A stretch of 64,000 nt of DNA from Flavobacteriales bacterium (GCA_044239865.1 JBIIAO010000005.1:41537-105536); one strand, 5' to 3'; positions 47,501-56,895 are shown, counted from the stretch's first letter. Numbers and translations are program-made. The notes: generated from the letters alone by a model not told the origin.

Positions 47501-50500
47501 AGTGGTTTAGCAATACGACCAATTCTACAACAGGAGGAACATTGATTGCCGGGGCAACAACTGCAACATATACGCCTGCAGCTATTAACACTTCAGGAAA
47601 TTATTATTACTACGGAGCTGTTACACTTTCAGGTTCAGGTTGCGGAACCATTACCTCATCTACTTCAAATATTGTTGTCGTTGACGATCCTTCTTTTTCT
47701 GTTCAACCGCTTTCGACTCAAACCGTTTGTTTAAGTGGAACAACAACAGCCTTGTCCGTGACTTCAATTGGAGGAACTGGCACAATGTCTTACCAATGGT
47801 TTTCAAACGCTACCAATGCCACGACTGGAGGAACTGCAATTGCTGGAGCAACGGCTACAACATACACTCCGCCAAGCGCAGCACTCGGAACAATTTATTA
47901 TTATTGCGAAGTGTCGGCTACCGGAAGCGGTTGCGGAACAGCTGCCTCTGCTACAGCTGCAGTAGTCGTTGTATCACCTCCAACCGTAAGCACGCAGCCT
48001 ACTGTTACCCAAACCATCTGCGACGGTGGAACAGCAACAGCCCTAAGCGTTGCATACACCGGTGGAACCGGAACGCCTTCATACCAATGGTATTCGAATG
48101 CTACAAATAGCACAATTGGAGGAACAAGCATTGCGGGAGCAACAGCTTCAACCTACACCCCAACCGGAGTTGCAGCAGGGACATCTTATTACTATTGCAT
48201 CATCACGTTATCAGGATCTGCATGCGGAACAGCCACTTCCAACACAGCCACTGTTATTGCTGTAGCAGACCCAACCATCACCACCCAACCAACTGCTACG
48301 CAAACTATTTGTGCAGGTGGAACACCAAGTGCATTGACCATCGCATACTCCAACGGAACGGGCACTGCTAGTTATCAGTGGTATAGCAATACGACTTCAG
48401 CAACAACAGGTGGAACTCTAATAGCTGGGGCAACTGCAGCGAGTTATTCTCCTCCTGTTTTGAATACAGCGGGTAGTTTTTATTATTACGGCATTGCCAC
48501 TTTAAGTGGAAGTGGTTGCGGCGCTGCGACATCTGCAATTGCACTGGTAACAGTAATTGCAGACCCAATTGTATCAACTCAACCAATAATTACTCAAACA
48601 CTTTGCGCAGGTGGAATTCCAACACCACTGACCGTAGCTTCTACCGGTGGAACCGGAACGCCATCATACCAATGGTATTCGAATGCTGCAAATAGCACCA
48701 CAGGCGGAACATTAATTGCAGGAGCTACCGCAGTTTCTTATTCTCCGGTAACCACTGCTGTTGGAACAATTTATTACTATGGAATTATTACGTTAAGCGG
48801 AAGTGGTTGCGTTTCACCGGCTTCTTCGACTGGAGCAGTAATCGTAGTATCACCTCCAACCGTAAGCACTCAGCCTACTGTTACTCAAACCATCTGCGAC
48901 GGTGGAACAGCAGCAGCCCTCAGTGTTGCATACACCGGTGGAACCGGAACGCCTTCATACCAATGGTATTCGAATGCTACAAATAGCACAACTGGAGGAA
49001 CAAGCATTGCAGGAGCAACAGCTTCAACCTACACCCCAACCGGACTTGCAGCAGGAACATCTTATTACTATTGCATCATCACGTTATCAGGATCTGCATG
49101 TGGAACAGCCACTTCCAATACAGCCACTGTTATTGCTGTAGCAGACCCAACCATCACCACCCAACCAACTGCTACGCAAACTATTTGTGCAGGTGGAACA
49201 CCAAGTGCATTGACCCTAGCTTATTCAAACGGAACAGGTACACCGAGTTACCAGTGGTATAGCAATACGACTTCAGCAACAACAGGAGGAACTCTAATAG
49301 CAGGGGCAACTGCAGCGAGTTATTCTCCTCCTGTTTTGAATACAGCGGGTAGTTTTTATTATTACGGCATTGCCACTTTAAGTGGAAGTGGTTGCGGCGC
49401 TGCGACATCTGCTTCTGCAGAAGTTATTGTAGTGGCTGATCCAACCGTCACAACGCAGCCTTTGTCAACTCAGACGGTTTGTTCAGGGGGTACATTAGCT
49501 CTTTTATCCCTTGTGGCTTCGGGGGGAACAGGCACTACCACCTACCAATGGTTCTCGAATACTGCAAACAGTAATACAGGTGGAACACTTATCGCAGGAG
49601 AGACAAACGCTTCTTACACGCCGATAGCCACCACAGTTGGGACTACTTATTATTATGGTGTTGCTTCTCTAAGTGGCTCAGGTTGCGGAACAGCTGCCTC
49701 TGCTACAGCTGCAGTAATCGTAGTATCACCTCCAACCGTAAGCACTCAGCCTACTGTTACTCAAACCATCTGCGACGGTGGAACAGCAGCAGCCCTCAGT
49801 GTTGCATACACCGGTGGAACCGGAACGCCTTCATACCAATGGTATTCGAATGCTACAAATAGCACAACTGGAGGAACAAGCATTGCAGGAGCAACAGCTT
49901 CAACCTACACCCCAACCGGACTTGCAGCAGGAACATCTTATTACTATTGCATCATCACGTTATCAGGATCTGCATGTGGAACAGCCACTTCCAATACAGC
50001 CACTGTTATTGCTGTAGCAGACCCAACCATCACCACCCAACCAACTGCTACGCAAACTATTTGTGCAGGTGGAACACCAAGTGCATTGACCCTAGCTTAT
50101 TCAAACGGAACAGGTACACCGAGTTACCAGTGGTATAGCAATACGACTTCAGCAACAACAGGAGGAACTCTAATAGCAGGGGCAACTGCAGCGAGTTATT
50201 CTCCTCCTGTTTTGAATACAGCGGGTAGTTTTTATTATTACGGCATTGCCACTTTAAGTGGAAGTGGTTGCGGCGCTGCGACATCTGCTTCTGCAGAAGT
50301 TATTGTAGTTGCTGACCCAACAATTTCAGTTCAACCTTTGGCAACACAGACCAATTGTCAGAATGGAATTTCAACACCGCTTACTGTTACTGTAACCGGA
50401 GGTGTTGGAACAACAACTTACCAATGGTACACCAACATTGTCAACTCTACTGTAGGCGGTGTAGCTTCTGGAAACGCAGCGACACTTACCCCATTGACAG

Positions 50501-53500
50501 CTGTGGTCGGAACGGCATATGTTTATTGCATAATCAACACTTCAGGTGCAGGCTGTTCAGCGGCTACATCAGCAACTGCCGAAGTTATTGTAGCGCCAAT
50601 TCCTTCCATAACAACTCAACCACAAGCAACACAAACAGTTTGTCAAAACGGTACCACTTCGACTTTATCCTTTGCTTATTCGAACGGATCTGGGGCTACA
50701 ACATACCAATGGTATTCGAACCCAACCAACAGTGCAACGGGAGGAACTGCCGTTGCTGGTGAGACCAATGCAACCTTCACCCCAAGCGCCACTGCTATTG
50801 GAACGACTTATTATTACTGCGTATCCACGCTTAGTTTAGGTGGAAGTGGTTGCGGAACAGTAACCACACAAACAGCAGCGGTTATAGTAGTTGGTCCTCC
50901 AACTATATCAACCCAACCAACCGCCACGCAAACCATTTGTGTGGGCGGAACACCAAGTGCTTTATCGATCGCATACACCGGTGGAACAGGCACCGCCTCG
51001 TATCAATGGTACAGCAACACATCGAACGCTACAACAGGCGGTGCGGCAATTGTAGGTGCTACAACGGCTTCATTTACACCTCCGACATTAAACACTTCAG
51101 CAAGTTATTTCTACTATGGAACTGTTACGTTGAATGGTTCCGGTTGCGGATCCGCTACGTCAGCTTCTTCTGAGGTGGTTGTGGTTGTTGATCCAACTAT
51201 TTCAGTTCAACCGCTAACCACTCAAACCGTTTGTCAGAATGGCATTCCAACGCAGATAACTGTAACAGTTACAGGTGGAACAGGAACTACAACTTATCAA
51301 TGGTACACGACGATCTTAAACAATAACGTGGGCGGAGTAGCTTCAGGAAATGCAGCTACACTTACGCCGATTACAGCCGTAGTTGGAACGGGATATGTTT
51401 ATTGTGTTGTGAATACAAGTGGTGCAGGATGCACGGCAGTTGCTTCAACGACTTCTGCTGTTATCGTTGTTCCTCTTCCAACTATATCTTCTCAGCCCAT
51501 AGCGTCGCAAACCATTTGTCAAAATGGAGTGGCAACGCCATTAACATTTACCTACACCAATGGAACCGGAACTCCAACTTATCAATGGTACGTTAACGCT
51601 ACCGCAAGTACAACTGGAGGATCGATTTTAGCTGGGGAAACAAACGTTTCTTTTGCTCCTCCAACAAGTGCTCTCGGATCGCTCTATTATTATTGCGTAG
51701 CTACTATAAGCGGAAATGGATGCGGAACAGTTACGACTCAATCATCAGAGATAAATGTTGTTGGACTTCCAACAATTACAGCTCAGCCTTTAGCCACGCA
51801 GACAATCTGCTCGGGAGGATCTCCAAGTTCTTTAACATTGACATTCTCAGGAGGTACGGGTGCTGCTACTTACCAATGGTATAGCAACAGCACCAATGCC
51901 ACAACTGGTGGGGCGCTAATTCCTGGCGGAACTGCCGCTCAGTACAATATTCCGAACTTGAATACTTCAGGAAGTTATTACTATTATGGAATAATAACAT
52001 TGGGCGGGGTAGGATGTGGTTCAATAACAACAAGTGCATCAGAGGTTATTGTTAACCCCGATCCTACTGTTGGAACTCAACCTTTGACAACACAGAGCTT
52101 GTGCGCAACAGGAACACCGACTAATTTGCAAGTAAGCTTTAACAATGGCGCAGGTGTCGCTTCTTACCAGTGGTATTCCAGCACAACAAATTCAACTGCA
52201 AGTGGAATTCTAATTCCTGCCGCAACAAATGCGGTTTACACACCAAGTTCAACAACTCCAGGGACACAATATTACTATTGTACTATTTCATTATCGGGCT
52301 CTGGTTGCGCAGATGCGACAAGCAGTGTGGGTGAGGTGATTGTGTTTGCACAACCTACTTTTTCAGTTCAACCGAATCCGAATGAAACGGTTTGTTTGGG
52401 AGGAACTCCAACAACATTCTCACCAACGGTTGCGGGTGGAACAGGCGCTGCCAACTACCAATGGTATTCCAATTCTACAAATACAAACACGGGTGGAACC
52501 GCAGTTGCAGGAGAAACCAATCTTACGTACACACCTCCGGCAACGACAGTTGGTTCAACGTATTATTATTTGACAGCAACCTTCGCAGGCACAAGTTGCG
52601 GAACTGCATCTTCAAGCACTTCACAAATTATTGTTGTAGCAGACCCAACCGTTTCAACCCAACCACTTGCAACAGATTCGATGTGCGTTGGAGGAATACC
52701 AAATACGCTGAACGTTGCCGCGACCGGAGGTACGGGTACACCGACATATCAATGGTATAGCAACACTACAAATTCAAATGTTGGTGGAACAGTCATAGGG
52801 GCAGCAGTTGCTAGCACCTACAACCCAACTGCTTCTTCTACCGCAGGAACTCAATTTTTCTATGCGCAAATCACGCTTTCAGGTTCTGGTTGCGATATAT
52901 TAAGTTCTTCCGTAAGTGAAATCGTAAACGTGGCAGACCCAATCATTTCAACTCAGCCGGCCGCAGCGCAGGATGTGTGTTTGAACTCCCCGTCAACTGC
53001 AATAAGTGCAGCTGTAAGTGGTGGTTTAGGAACAGTGAGTTATGCGTGGTATAGCAATTCAACGCAAACTCTTCCAGGAACTATTCTTCCCGGAGCGAAC
53101 ACCAATACTGTTACCCCTGCCAATACTCCTGCTGGAATTTCTTACTTCTACATGGTAGCAACACTTTCAGGAAATGGATGTAACGCCGCCACTTCGAATT
53201 TTTCTCAAGTAACCGTTCACGCGTTACCTACTGTGACAGCTACTCCGCTTGATAATTCAATTTGTTTCGGAACAACAACGGATATAGTTGCGAGTGGAGC
53301 GACTTCTTATGTATGGACTGCAGCTCCTACCATTACTTCACCAGCGAATGTTGCTACTGTATCAGTCGCGCCGATTGGAAGTGTTACATATACTGTTCAA
53401 GGTACAGATGCATTTGGATGTGTGAATACGGCAACAGCAACCGTTGTTGCAGCAACACAACTAAACGTTCAAGAGAATATCACCACAAATATTTGTTATC

Positions 53501-55257
53501 AAACATGCACTGGAGCAATAGCTTTAACACCGACTGGCAGTGGTTCTAGTTATACAGTGGCTTGGAATACACCAGGTGTAACCGGATTAAACCCTCAGAA
53601 TTTATGTCCAGGAAACTACACCTACACGGTAACCGATAACCTCACCTGTTCTTTCCAAAACACAGTGAACATTGCAGCATTGCCAAACAATCCGTTAGAC
53701 AATGTGATCATTACTCAGCCGACATGTTTTGGATACAACAACGGTAGTATTGATTTTCAAGACGCGAGCGCAGTATCATTCCAACTGGTAAACGCAGCAA
53801 CGAATGCAACCATAGCGACACAACCAGGCGGGTTGTTCGGGACAATCGGCGCGGGTAATTACAACATCATTTACAACGATGCTTTGGGCTGTGTTTATGA
53901 CAGTTTAAATTTCTCTATCGTTGCGCAATCTGCTCAAATAACATTGGCCTTAAATGCGCAAGCCCCTGTTCTATGCTTCAACCAAGTGGTTCCATTAACA
54001 GCGATTGCAGGAGGTGGAGACGGCGGTGCAATTACAGTTACTTGGGGAAGTTGCAATACCGTAACGAATTGCATATTGGGTTCTGGTAATCCATACAATT
54101 ACACGCTTACTTCAGATGTTACGTTGTATGCTCAGGCAACAGATGCAACAGGATGTGCGAGTGTAATTCAGTCCATTGCTTTGAATTTGGCGAATCCAGT
54201 TCAAGTTAATCTTCAAAACGGAACTTCATCGGTTCTCATTTGTGAAGGTGATTGCGTAAACATGAGCGCAGTTGCGACCGGCGGTAACAATCCAATTAAT
54301 ATCGAATGGTATGAAGTTCCAACAGCCATAGGAGGAACTACTATAGGTCCTAACGGAACAACCAATACAATATGCCCAACAGTGTCAACGTCTGTATTTG
54401 TTTTCGCAAACGACGGCTGTGGTGTTCCTGATTACGACACGTTGAATATTGTTGTTCAGTCATTCCCGACGGTTAGCTTCTCAGTGAATACACAAGATGG
54501 CTGTTTACCTTTAACGGTCTCTTTCACCAACAACACATCGCCAACTTTTAATGGAAACTGTTTGTGGTCAATGGACGATGGAACTACGTTTGCGAATTGT
54601 GGCAATCAAGTGTATACCTACACAGACGAAGGCGCCTATACTCCAACGTTATATGTTATTTCTCCTGAAGGTTGTTCAACAACATATTCGCTGCCTGCTC
54701 CAATTGTAGTGCACGGTTATCCGGTTGCAGATTTTTCGTGGGCACCGCAACCCGTTGATGTAACAAATCCTGTTGTCCAATTTACAGACGCTTCAGTTGA
54801 TGCGGTGAATTACCTCTGGGAATTTGCATGGCTTGGGGCAAGTGATCTACAGAATCCGGTATTCACATTCCCTGATGAAGATTTAGCTGAATATCCTGTT
54901 TGCTTAACTGTCGAGAACAGCTTTGGCTGTCAGGACACCATGTGCAGAACGATTCGATTGAACAGTGTCCTGCAGGTTTGGGTGCCGAATGCATTTACTC
55001 CAGAGCAAGACGGATTGAATGAAGTATTCGTTCCAGTAATAAAAGGAGCGAAACCTGAAACCTATCACTTCTCAATATTTGATCGTTGGGGAACTTTGGT
55101 TTTCGAGTCGTTTGAAATTGGAGAGCCTTGGATTGGTGACGTTCGGAATGGAAATGCATTTGCTGCCAACGGAGCGTATATCTGGCGACTAGAGGTGCAA
55201 CCTCTGGAAGACAGGAGTCTGAAGTTATACACCGGATTCGTAACGGTAATAAGATAA
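44512..55257 (+). CDS. Giant (3581 aa) cell-surface repeat protein with T9SS type B (gliding-motility-associated) C-terminal sorting domain
   Basis: Signal peptide (MRFFIRLFAIATIFLLASSANA) and a unique N-terminal ~470 aa, followed by about 25 Ig-like modules and further beta-rich domains. The C-terminus is VWVPNAFTPEQDGLNEVFVP...FDRWGTLVFES...GAYIWRLEV...VTVIR. I placed the start at the ATG at 44512. Confidence 0.9.
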   Translation: MRFFIRLFAIATIFLLASSANANHVLGGNLTWDCLGGNQYQITMRIYKDCFGASPALSAENLFVFPTGCTLNPQNITLNLISTTEISNLCASELPSSSCVGGLSPGTQLLTYQATVTLTPGCTWEVIWNEGDWNYFNNINYSTLPDAYLDALINTNYCADSPVITSIQVPYVCRNNGTFVHTPTVTLPAGVTASYTLSTPQTTGASLDVGINVPGYVNTLGATVNATTGAVSINTNGIAVGNYIVTVQITLTQGGNAVGTLYENMVFVIRDCAITPTTFANPEIQSINIPANLAGPATINACSGDSVCFTVSASNTNLYRAITITSTWSAGLNAGTPVFAQSTVNYNPASATFCFTAQPSMVGVAQTINFNAIDNACTAPQSDAQVVTVNVFPSVTLNPTTATICNNAAVTVTASGGTTYTWSVLSGDATPGFDGNAAVQVLESISGNTVIMVSMPGVPVQCNATDTLTVTVPDFTLQPLTTQSMCVGGTVTPLTFTLVGVTGTPTYQWYSNATNSNTGGTAIAGATAITYTPSSATAGTTYYYCLVTLTSASCPDITTNTAEVIVVADPTITTQPLATQNICIGGTGTLSVIYSNGLGNATYQWYSNTTNSNTGGSIIAGATSSTYTTPVLNTAGTRNYYCIVTLSGSGCGTAISAVGQVIVGVDPTISTQPLTTQSICVSGTPAAISVAYINGSGTPAYQWYSNTTTSTTTGTAIPGATSATYTFSQMNTPGTFYYYCVITLSGSGCNVITSATSQVIVVADATIATQPQASQTVCLNGIPNALTVTVNNGLGTISYQWYCTTANNNFSGSALAGATSPTFIPPTNVVGTRYYYCRVNVASLTCGVIFVVTSGTGAIIVVPLPTVNTQPTPTQSICIGGTPNALTMGYTGGTGTASYQWYSNATNSNTGGTAIAGATTNSYTPPGATIGTSYYYGVVTLTGLGCGSVASNVATVNVIADPLITTQPTALQTLCVGGIPSSLTTAYSGGTGTASYQWFSNTTNSTTGGTLIAGATTATYTPAAINTSGNYYYYGAVTLSGSGCGTITSSTSNIVVVDDPSFSVQPLSTQTVCLSGTTTALSVTSIGGTGTMSYQWFSNATNATTGGTAIAGATATTYTPPSAALGTIYYYCEVSATGSGCGTAASATAAVVVVSPPTVSTQPTVTQTICDGGTATALSVAYTGGTGTPSYQWYSNATNSTIGGTSIAGATASTYTPTGVAAGTSYYYCIITLSGSACGTATSNTATVIAVADPTITTQPTATQTICAGGTPSALTIAYSNGTGTASYQWYSNTTSATTGGTLIAGATAASYSPPVLNTAGSFYYYGIATLSGSGCGAATSAIALVTVIADPIVSTQPIITQTLCAGGIPTPLTVASTGGTGTPSYQWYSNAANSTTGGTLIAGATAVSYSPVTTAVGTIYYYGIITLSGSGCVSPASSTGAVIVVSPPTVSTQPTVTQTICDGGTAAALSVAYTGGTGTPSYQWYSNATNSTTGGTSIAGATASTYTPTGLAAGTSYYYCIITLSGSACGTATSNTATVIAVADPTITTQPTATQTICAGGTPSALTLAYSNGTGTPSYQWYSNTTSATTGGTLIAGATAASYSPPVLNTAGSFYYYGIATLSGSGCGAATSASAEVIVVADPTVTTQPLSTQTVCSGGTLALLSLVASGGTGTTTYQWFSNTANSNTGGTLIAGETNASYTPIATTVGTTYYYGVASLSGSGCGTAASATAAVIVVSPPTVSTQPTVTQTICDGGTAAALSVAYTGGTGTPSYQWYSNATNSTTGGTSIAGATASTYTPTGLAAGTSYYYCIITLSGSACGTATSNTATVIAVADPTITTQPTATQTICAGGTPSALTLAYSNGTGTPSYQWYSNTTSATTGGTLIAGATAASYSPPVLNTAGSFYYYGIATLSGSGCGAATSASAEVIVVADPTISVQPLATQTNCQNGISTPLTVTVTGGVGTTTYQWYTNIVNSTVGGVASGNAATLTPLTAVVGTAYVYCIINTSGAGCSAATSATAEVIVAPIPSITTQPQATQTVCQNGTTSTLSFAYSNGSGATTYQWYSNPTNSATGGTAVAGETNATFTPSATAIGTTYYYCVSTLSLGGSGCGTVTTQTAAVIVVGPPTISTQPTATQTICVGGTPSALSIAYTGGTGTASYQWYSNTSNATTGGAAIVGATTASFTPPTLNTSASYFYYGTVTLNGSGCGSATSASSEVVVVVDPTISVQPLTTQTVCQNGIPTQITVTVTGGTGTTTYQWYTTILNNNVGGVASGNAATLTPITAVVGTGYVYCVVNTSGAGCTAVASTTSAVIVVPLPTISSQPIASQTICQNGVATPLTFTYTNGTGTPTYQWYVNATASTTGGSILAGETNVSFAPPTSALGSLYYYCVATISGNGCGTVTTQSSEINVVGLPTITAQPLATQTICSGGSPSSLTLTFSGGTGAATYQWYSNSTNATTGGALIPGGTAAQYNIPNLNTSGSYYYYGIITLGGVGCGSITTSASEVIVNPDPTVGTQPLTTQSLCATGTPTNLQVSFNNGAGVASYQWYSSTTNSTASGILIPAATNAVYTPSSTTPGTQYYYCTISLSGSGCADATSSVGEVIVFAQPTFSVQPNPNETVCLGGTPTTFSPTVAGGTGAANYQWYSNSTNTNTGGTAVAGETNLTYTPPATTVGSTYYYLTATFAGTSCGTASSSTSQIIVVADPTVSTQPLATDSMCVGGIPNTLNVAATGGTGTPTYQWYSNTTNSNVGGTVIGAAVASTYNPTASSTAGTQFFYAQITLSGSGCDILSSSVSEIVNVADPIISTQPAAAQDVCLNSPSTAISAAVSGGLGTVSYAWYSNSTQTLPGTILPGANTNTVTPANTPAGISYFYMVATLSGNGCNAATSNFSQVTVHALPTVTATPLDNSICFGTTTDIVASGATSYVWTAAPTITSPANVATVSVAPIGSVTYTVQGTDAFGCVNTATATVVAATQLNVQENITTNICYQTCTGAIALTPTGSGSSYTVAWNTPGVTGLNPQNLCPGNYTYTVTDNLTCSFQNTVNIAALPNNPLDNVIITQPTCFGYNNGSIDFQDASAVSFQLVNAATNATIATQPGGLFGTIGAGNYNIIYNDALGCVYDSLNFSIVAQSAQITLALNAQAPVLCFNQVVPLTAIAGGGDGGAITVTWGSCNTVTNCILGSGNPYNYTLTSDVTLYAQATDATGCASVIQSIALNLANPVQVNLQNGTSSVLICEGDCVNMSAVATGGNNPINIEWYEVPTAIGGTTIGPNGTTNTICPTVSTSVFVFANDGCGVPDYDTLNIVVQSFPTVSFSVNTQDGCLPLTVSFTNNTSPTFNGNCLWSMDDGTTFANCGNQVYTYTDEGAYTPTLYVISPEGCSTTYSLPAPIVVHGYPVADFSWAPQPVDVTNPVVQFTDASVDAVNYLWEFAWLGASDLQNPVFTFPDEDLAEYPVCLTVENSFGCQDTMCRTIRLNSVLQVWVPNAFTPEQDGLNEVFVPVIKGAKPETYHFSIFDRWGTLVFESFEIGEPWIGDVRNGNAFAANGAYIWRLEVQPLEDRSLKLYTGFVTVIR
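47965..48556 (+). repeat. Copy 1 (diverged) of the intragenic 876-bp-period duplication
   Basis: Aligns at an offset of exactly 876 nt to 48841-49432, with scattered substitutions. Confidence 0.85.
48841..49432 (+). repeat. Copy 2 of the perfect 592-bp intragenic direct repeat
   Basis: Read base by base, it is identical to 49717-50308. Confidence 0.9.
49717..50308 (+). repeat. Copy 3 of the perfect 592-bp intragenic direct repeat
   Basis: Identical to 48841-49432. The off-frame track ORFs 48902-49141 and 49778-50017 are identical as a consequence. Confidence 0.9.
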
Positions 55258-55314
55258 ATTTAAAACCCTCGGGCAACTTTCTGAAACCAATTGTTATCAA
55301 TCAAACGATGAAGT

Positions 55315-55839
55315 ATGAGCGATAGCGAATTGGTTTCAGAATGTCTCAAAGGAAAGTCGTCCGCACAAAGGACACTCTTTCAATTGCACTCTGGAAAAAT
55401 GTTCGCGGTGAGTCTACGTTACATGGGTAGCACCATGGAAGCCGAAGAGGTGTTGCAAGAAAGCTTCATTAAAGTTTTTGAAAAGCTTAATCAATGGAAG
55501 GGCGACGGTCCTCTAGGGGGTTGGATTAGAACCATTGTTGTGAATACCGCGCTAACCCGCATTAAGAACAACAAGAAGTTTCGACTCGACAAAAACATTG
55601 ATGACGCAGTATCACTTTCCGACAACGGAGAAGATCAATTGGAAGCCTTGCAGGCAGCTGATTTGATGAAGTTAATTGCTCAAATGCCCGATGGGTACAA
55701 GACAGTATTTAACTTGTTCGTTGTGGAAGGATATGGACACAAAGAAATTGCCGACCTAATGGGGATTTCTGAAAGCACTTCAAAAACACAATTTTTAAAA
55801 GGAAAAAACTGGTTAGTCAAAAGAATAAATGAGCAATAA
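55315..55839 (+). CDS. ECF-type sigma-70 family RNA polymerase sigma factor
   Basis: 174 aa. Region 2 (AEEVLQESFIKVF...WIRTIVVNTAL) and a region 4 HTH (GYGHKEIADLMGISESTSKTQFLKGK). Confidence 0.9.
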   Translation: MSDSELVSECLKGKSSAQRTLFQLHSGKMFAVSLRYMGSTMEAEEVLQESFIKVFEKLNQWKGDGPLGGWIRTIVVNTALTRIKNNKKFRLDKNIDDAVSLSDNGEDQLEALQAADLMKLIAQMPDGYKTVFNLFVVEGYGHKEIADLMGISESTSKTQFLKGKNWLVKRINEQ

Positions 55840-56842
55840 GTGGAACAATATCATTCGTGAAAAGCTAGAATCCCATGAGGTTTCAGCAGATCACTTGTGG
55901 AATAACATTTCACAAAATATTCCTCAACCCTCTTCTTCTTTTTGGAAACCTTGGATGACCACTGCTGCCATTGGAACGGCAGCCATTGCAACTTCCGCAA
56001 TTATTTATTTCAATTCACCGAATCAAACTCAGCCGGTTGTTCAATCTTCTGAGCAAAAAACGGTAGAGGTAAAAGTTGATACAACTTCAAACACGGTGAA
56101 CAGTGTTGAGACTTCTGAAAGTACCGCAATTCCTCAAATTATCACAGGTGGAATTCCAGATGATATTTATTCAGGGTATGTGTGGCAAATGCCTGAGGCA
56201 GAGGAATTAGCTTCGATTGAAACTGGAAATCAACGCGACACTCAAATTACAGCTGTAATTGAAGACTCGAATTCGAATCCTTCTAACAACAGATCTTCCC
56301 AGGTTATTGCAGAAAGAGAGCCCCTTACAAATTCATTTACTGCGGTTGTTTCCAATGCCGAAAGTTTAAGATATTTCTTCTTCGGAGCAGCTGAAAAGGC
56401 CGACTCTTATGCATGGAATTTCGGAGATGGATTCGACGGACAAGGACAGTCAATAGCGCACGAATTCACCGAAGAAGGAACCTACACAGTGAAGTATATT
56501 GTTTCAAGAGGAGAAGAAATGATGGTTGAAGAAAAGACCATTGAGGTCTATCGTCCTGCAAAACTTTCTCCAGTTACCGCATTTGCTCCTGGATTCGACG
56601 GAAAGAACGATGTATTCGATGTGTTGTACAACGCCCGCAACGTAAGCGAAACGGTTAATTTCAAAATCACGGATGTTAACGGCAGATTGGTTTATCAAAC
56701 GGATGGACAATCGGTTTGGGATGGAAAAAACTTGAGTGGCGAGTTATGTCAGCCAGCGTATTACAATTGGATCATTGAATTCAAAGACCGTCAAGGCAAC
56801 TTGAAATCTCAGTCGGGGTCCATTCGCATATTCGGCGAATAA
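55829..56842 (+). CDS. Membrane-anchored PKD-domain protein with T9SS type B sorting domain, in the anti-sigma position
   Basis: Its start overlaps the sigma gene by 11 nt. The N-terminal 40 aa are followed by a TM helix (WMTTAAIGTAAIATSAIIYF) and a low-complexity linker. A PKD block follows (YAWNFGDGFDGQGQSIAHEFTEEGTYTVKY). The C-terminus is FAPGFDGKNDVFDV...ITDVNGRLVYQ...WDGKN...YYNWIIEF...SIRIF. Confidence 0.7.
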   Translation: MSNKWNNIIREKLESHEVSADHLWNNISQNIPQPSSSFWKPWMTTAAIGTAAIATSAIIYFNSPNQTQPVVQSSEQKTVEVKVDTTSNTVNSVETSESTAIPQIITGGIPDDIYSGYVWQMPEAEELASIETGNQRDTQITAVIEDSNSNPSNNRSSQVIAEREPLTNSFTAVVSNAESLRYFFFGAAEKADSYAWNFGDGFDGQGQSIAHEFTEEGTYTVKYIVSRGEEMMVEEKTIEVYRPAKLSPVTAFAPGFDGKNDVFDVLYNARNVSETVNFKITDVNGRLVYQTDGQSVWDGKNLSGELCQPAYYNWIIEFKDRQGNLKSQSGSIRIFGE

Positions 56843-56895
56843 AAGACTTATAAACATACGCCTTCGTTCTCAATTCTTCTTCGCATTTTTGGGGA

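Larger units (their letters stand above)
45928..53220 (+). repeat. Array of about 25 tandem ~97-aa (~291-nt) Ig-like coding modules
   Basis: Each module reads approximately DPT(I/V)xTQPxxTQxxCxGGxxxxLxVxxxGGTGTxSYQW(Y/F)SNxTNSxTGGTxIAGATxxxYTPxxxxxGTxYYYCxxTLSGSGCGxxxS. The Cys...W...YYC spacing is typical of immunoglobulin-fold domains. Boundaries are approximate. Confidence 0.85.

Noticed and set aside
46434-53549. Many off-frame and antisense track ORFs inside the giant gene, some in identical pairs (48902-49141 = 49778-50017; 49071-49262 = 49947-50138; 49181-49408 = 50057-50284)
   Set aside because: They are low-complexity consequences of the biased repeat composition and the 876-bp duplication. 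The main frame explains the region.
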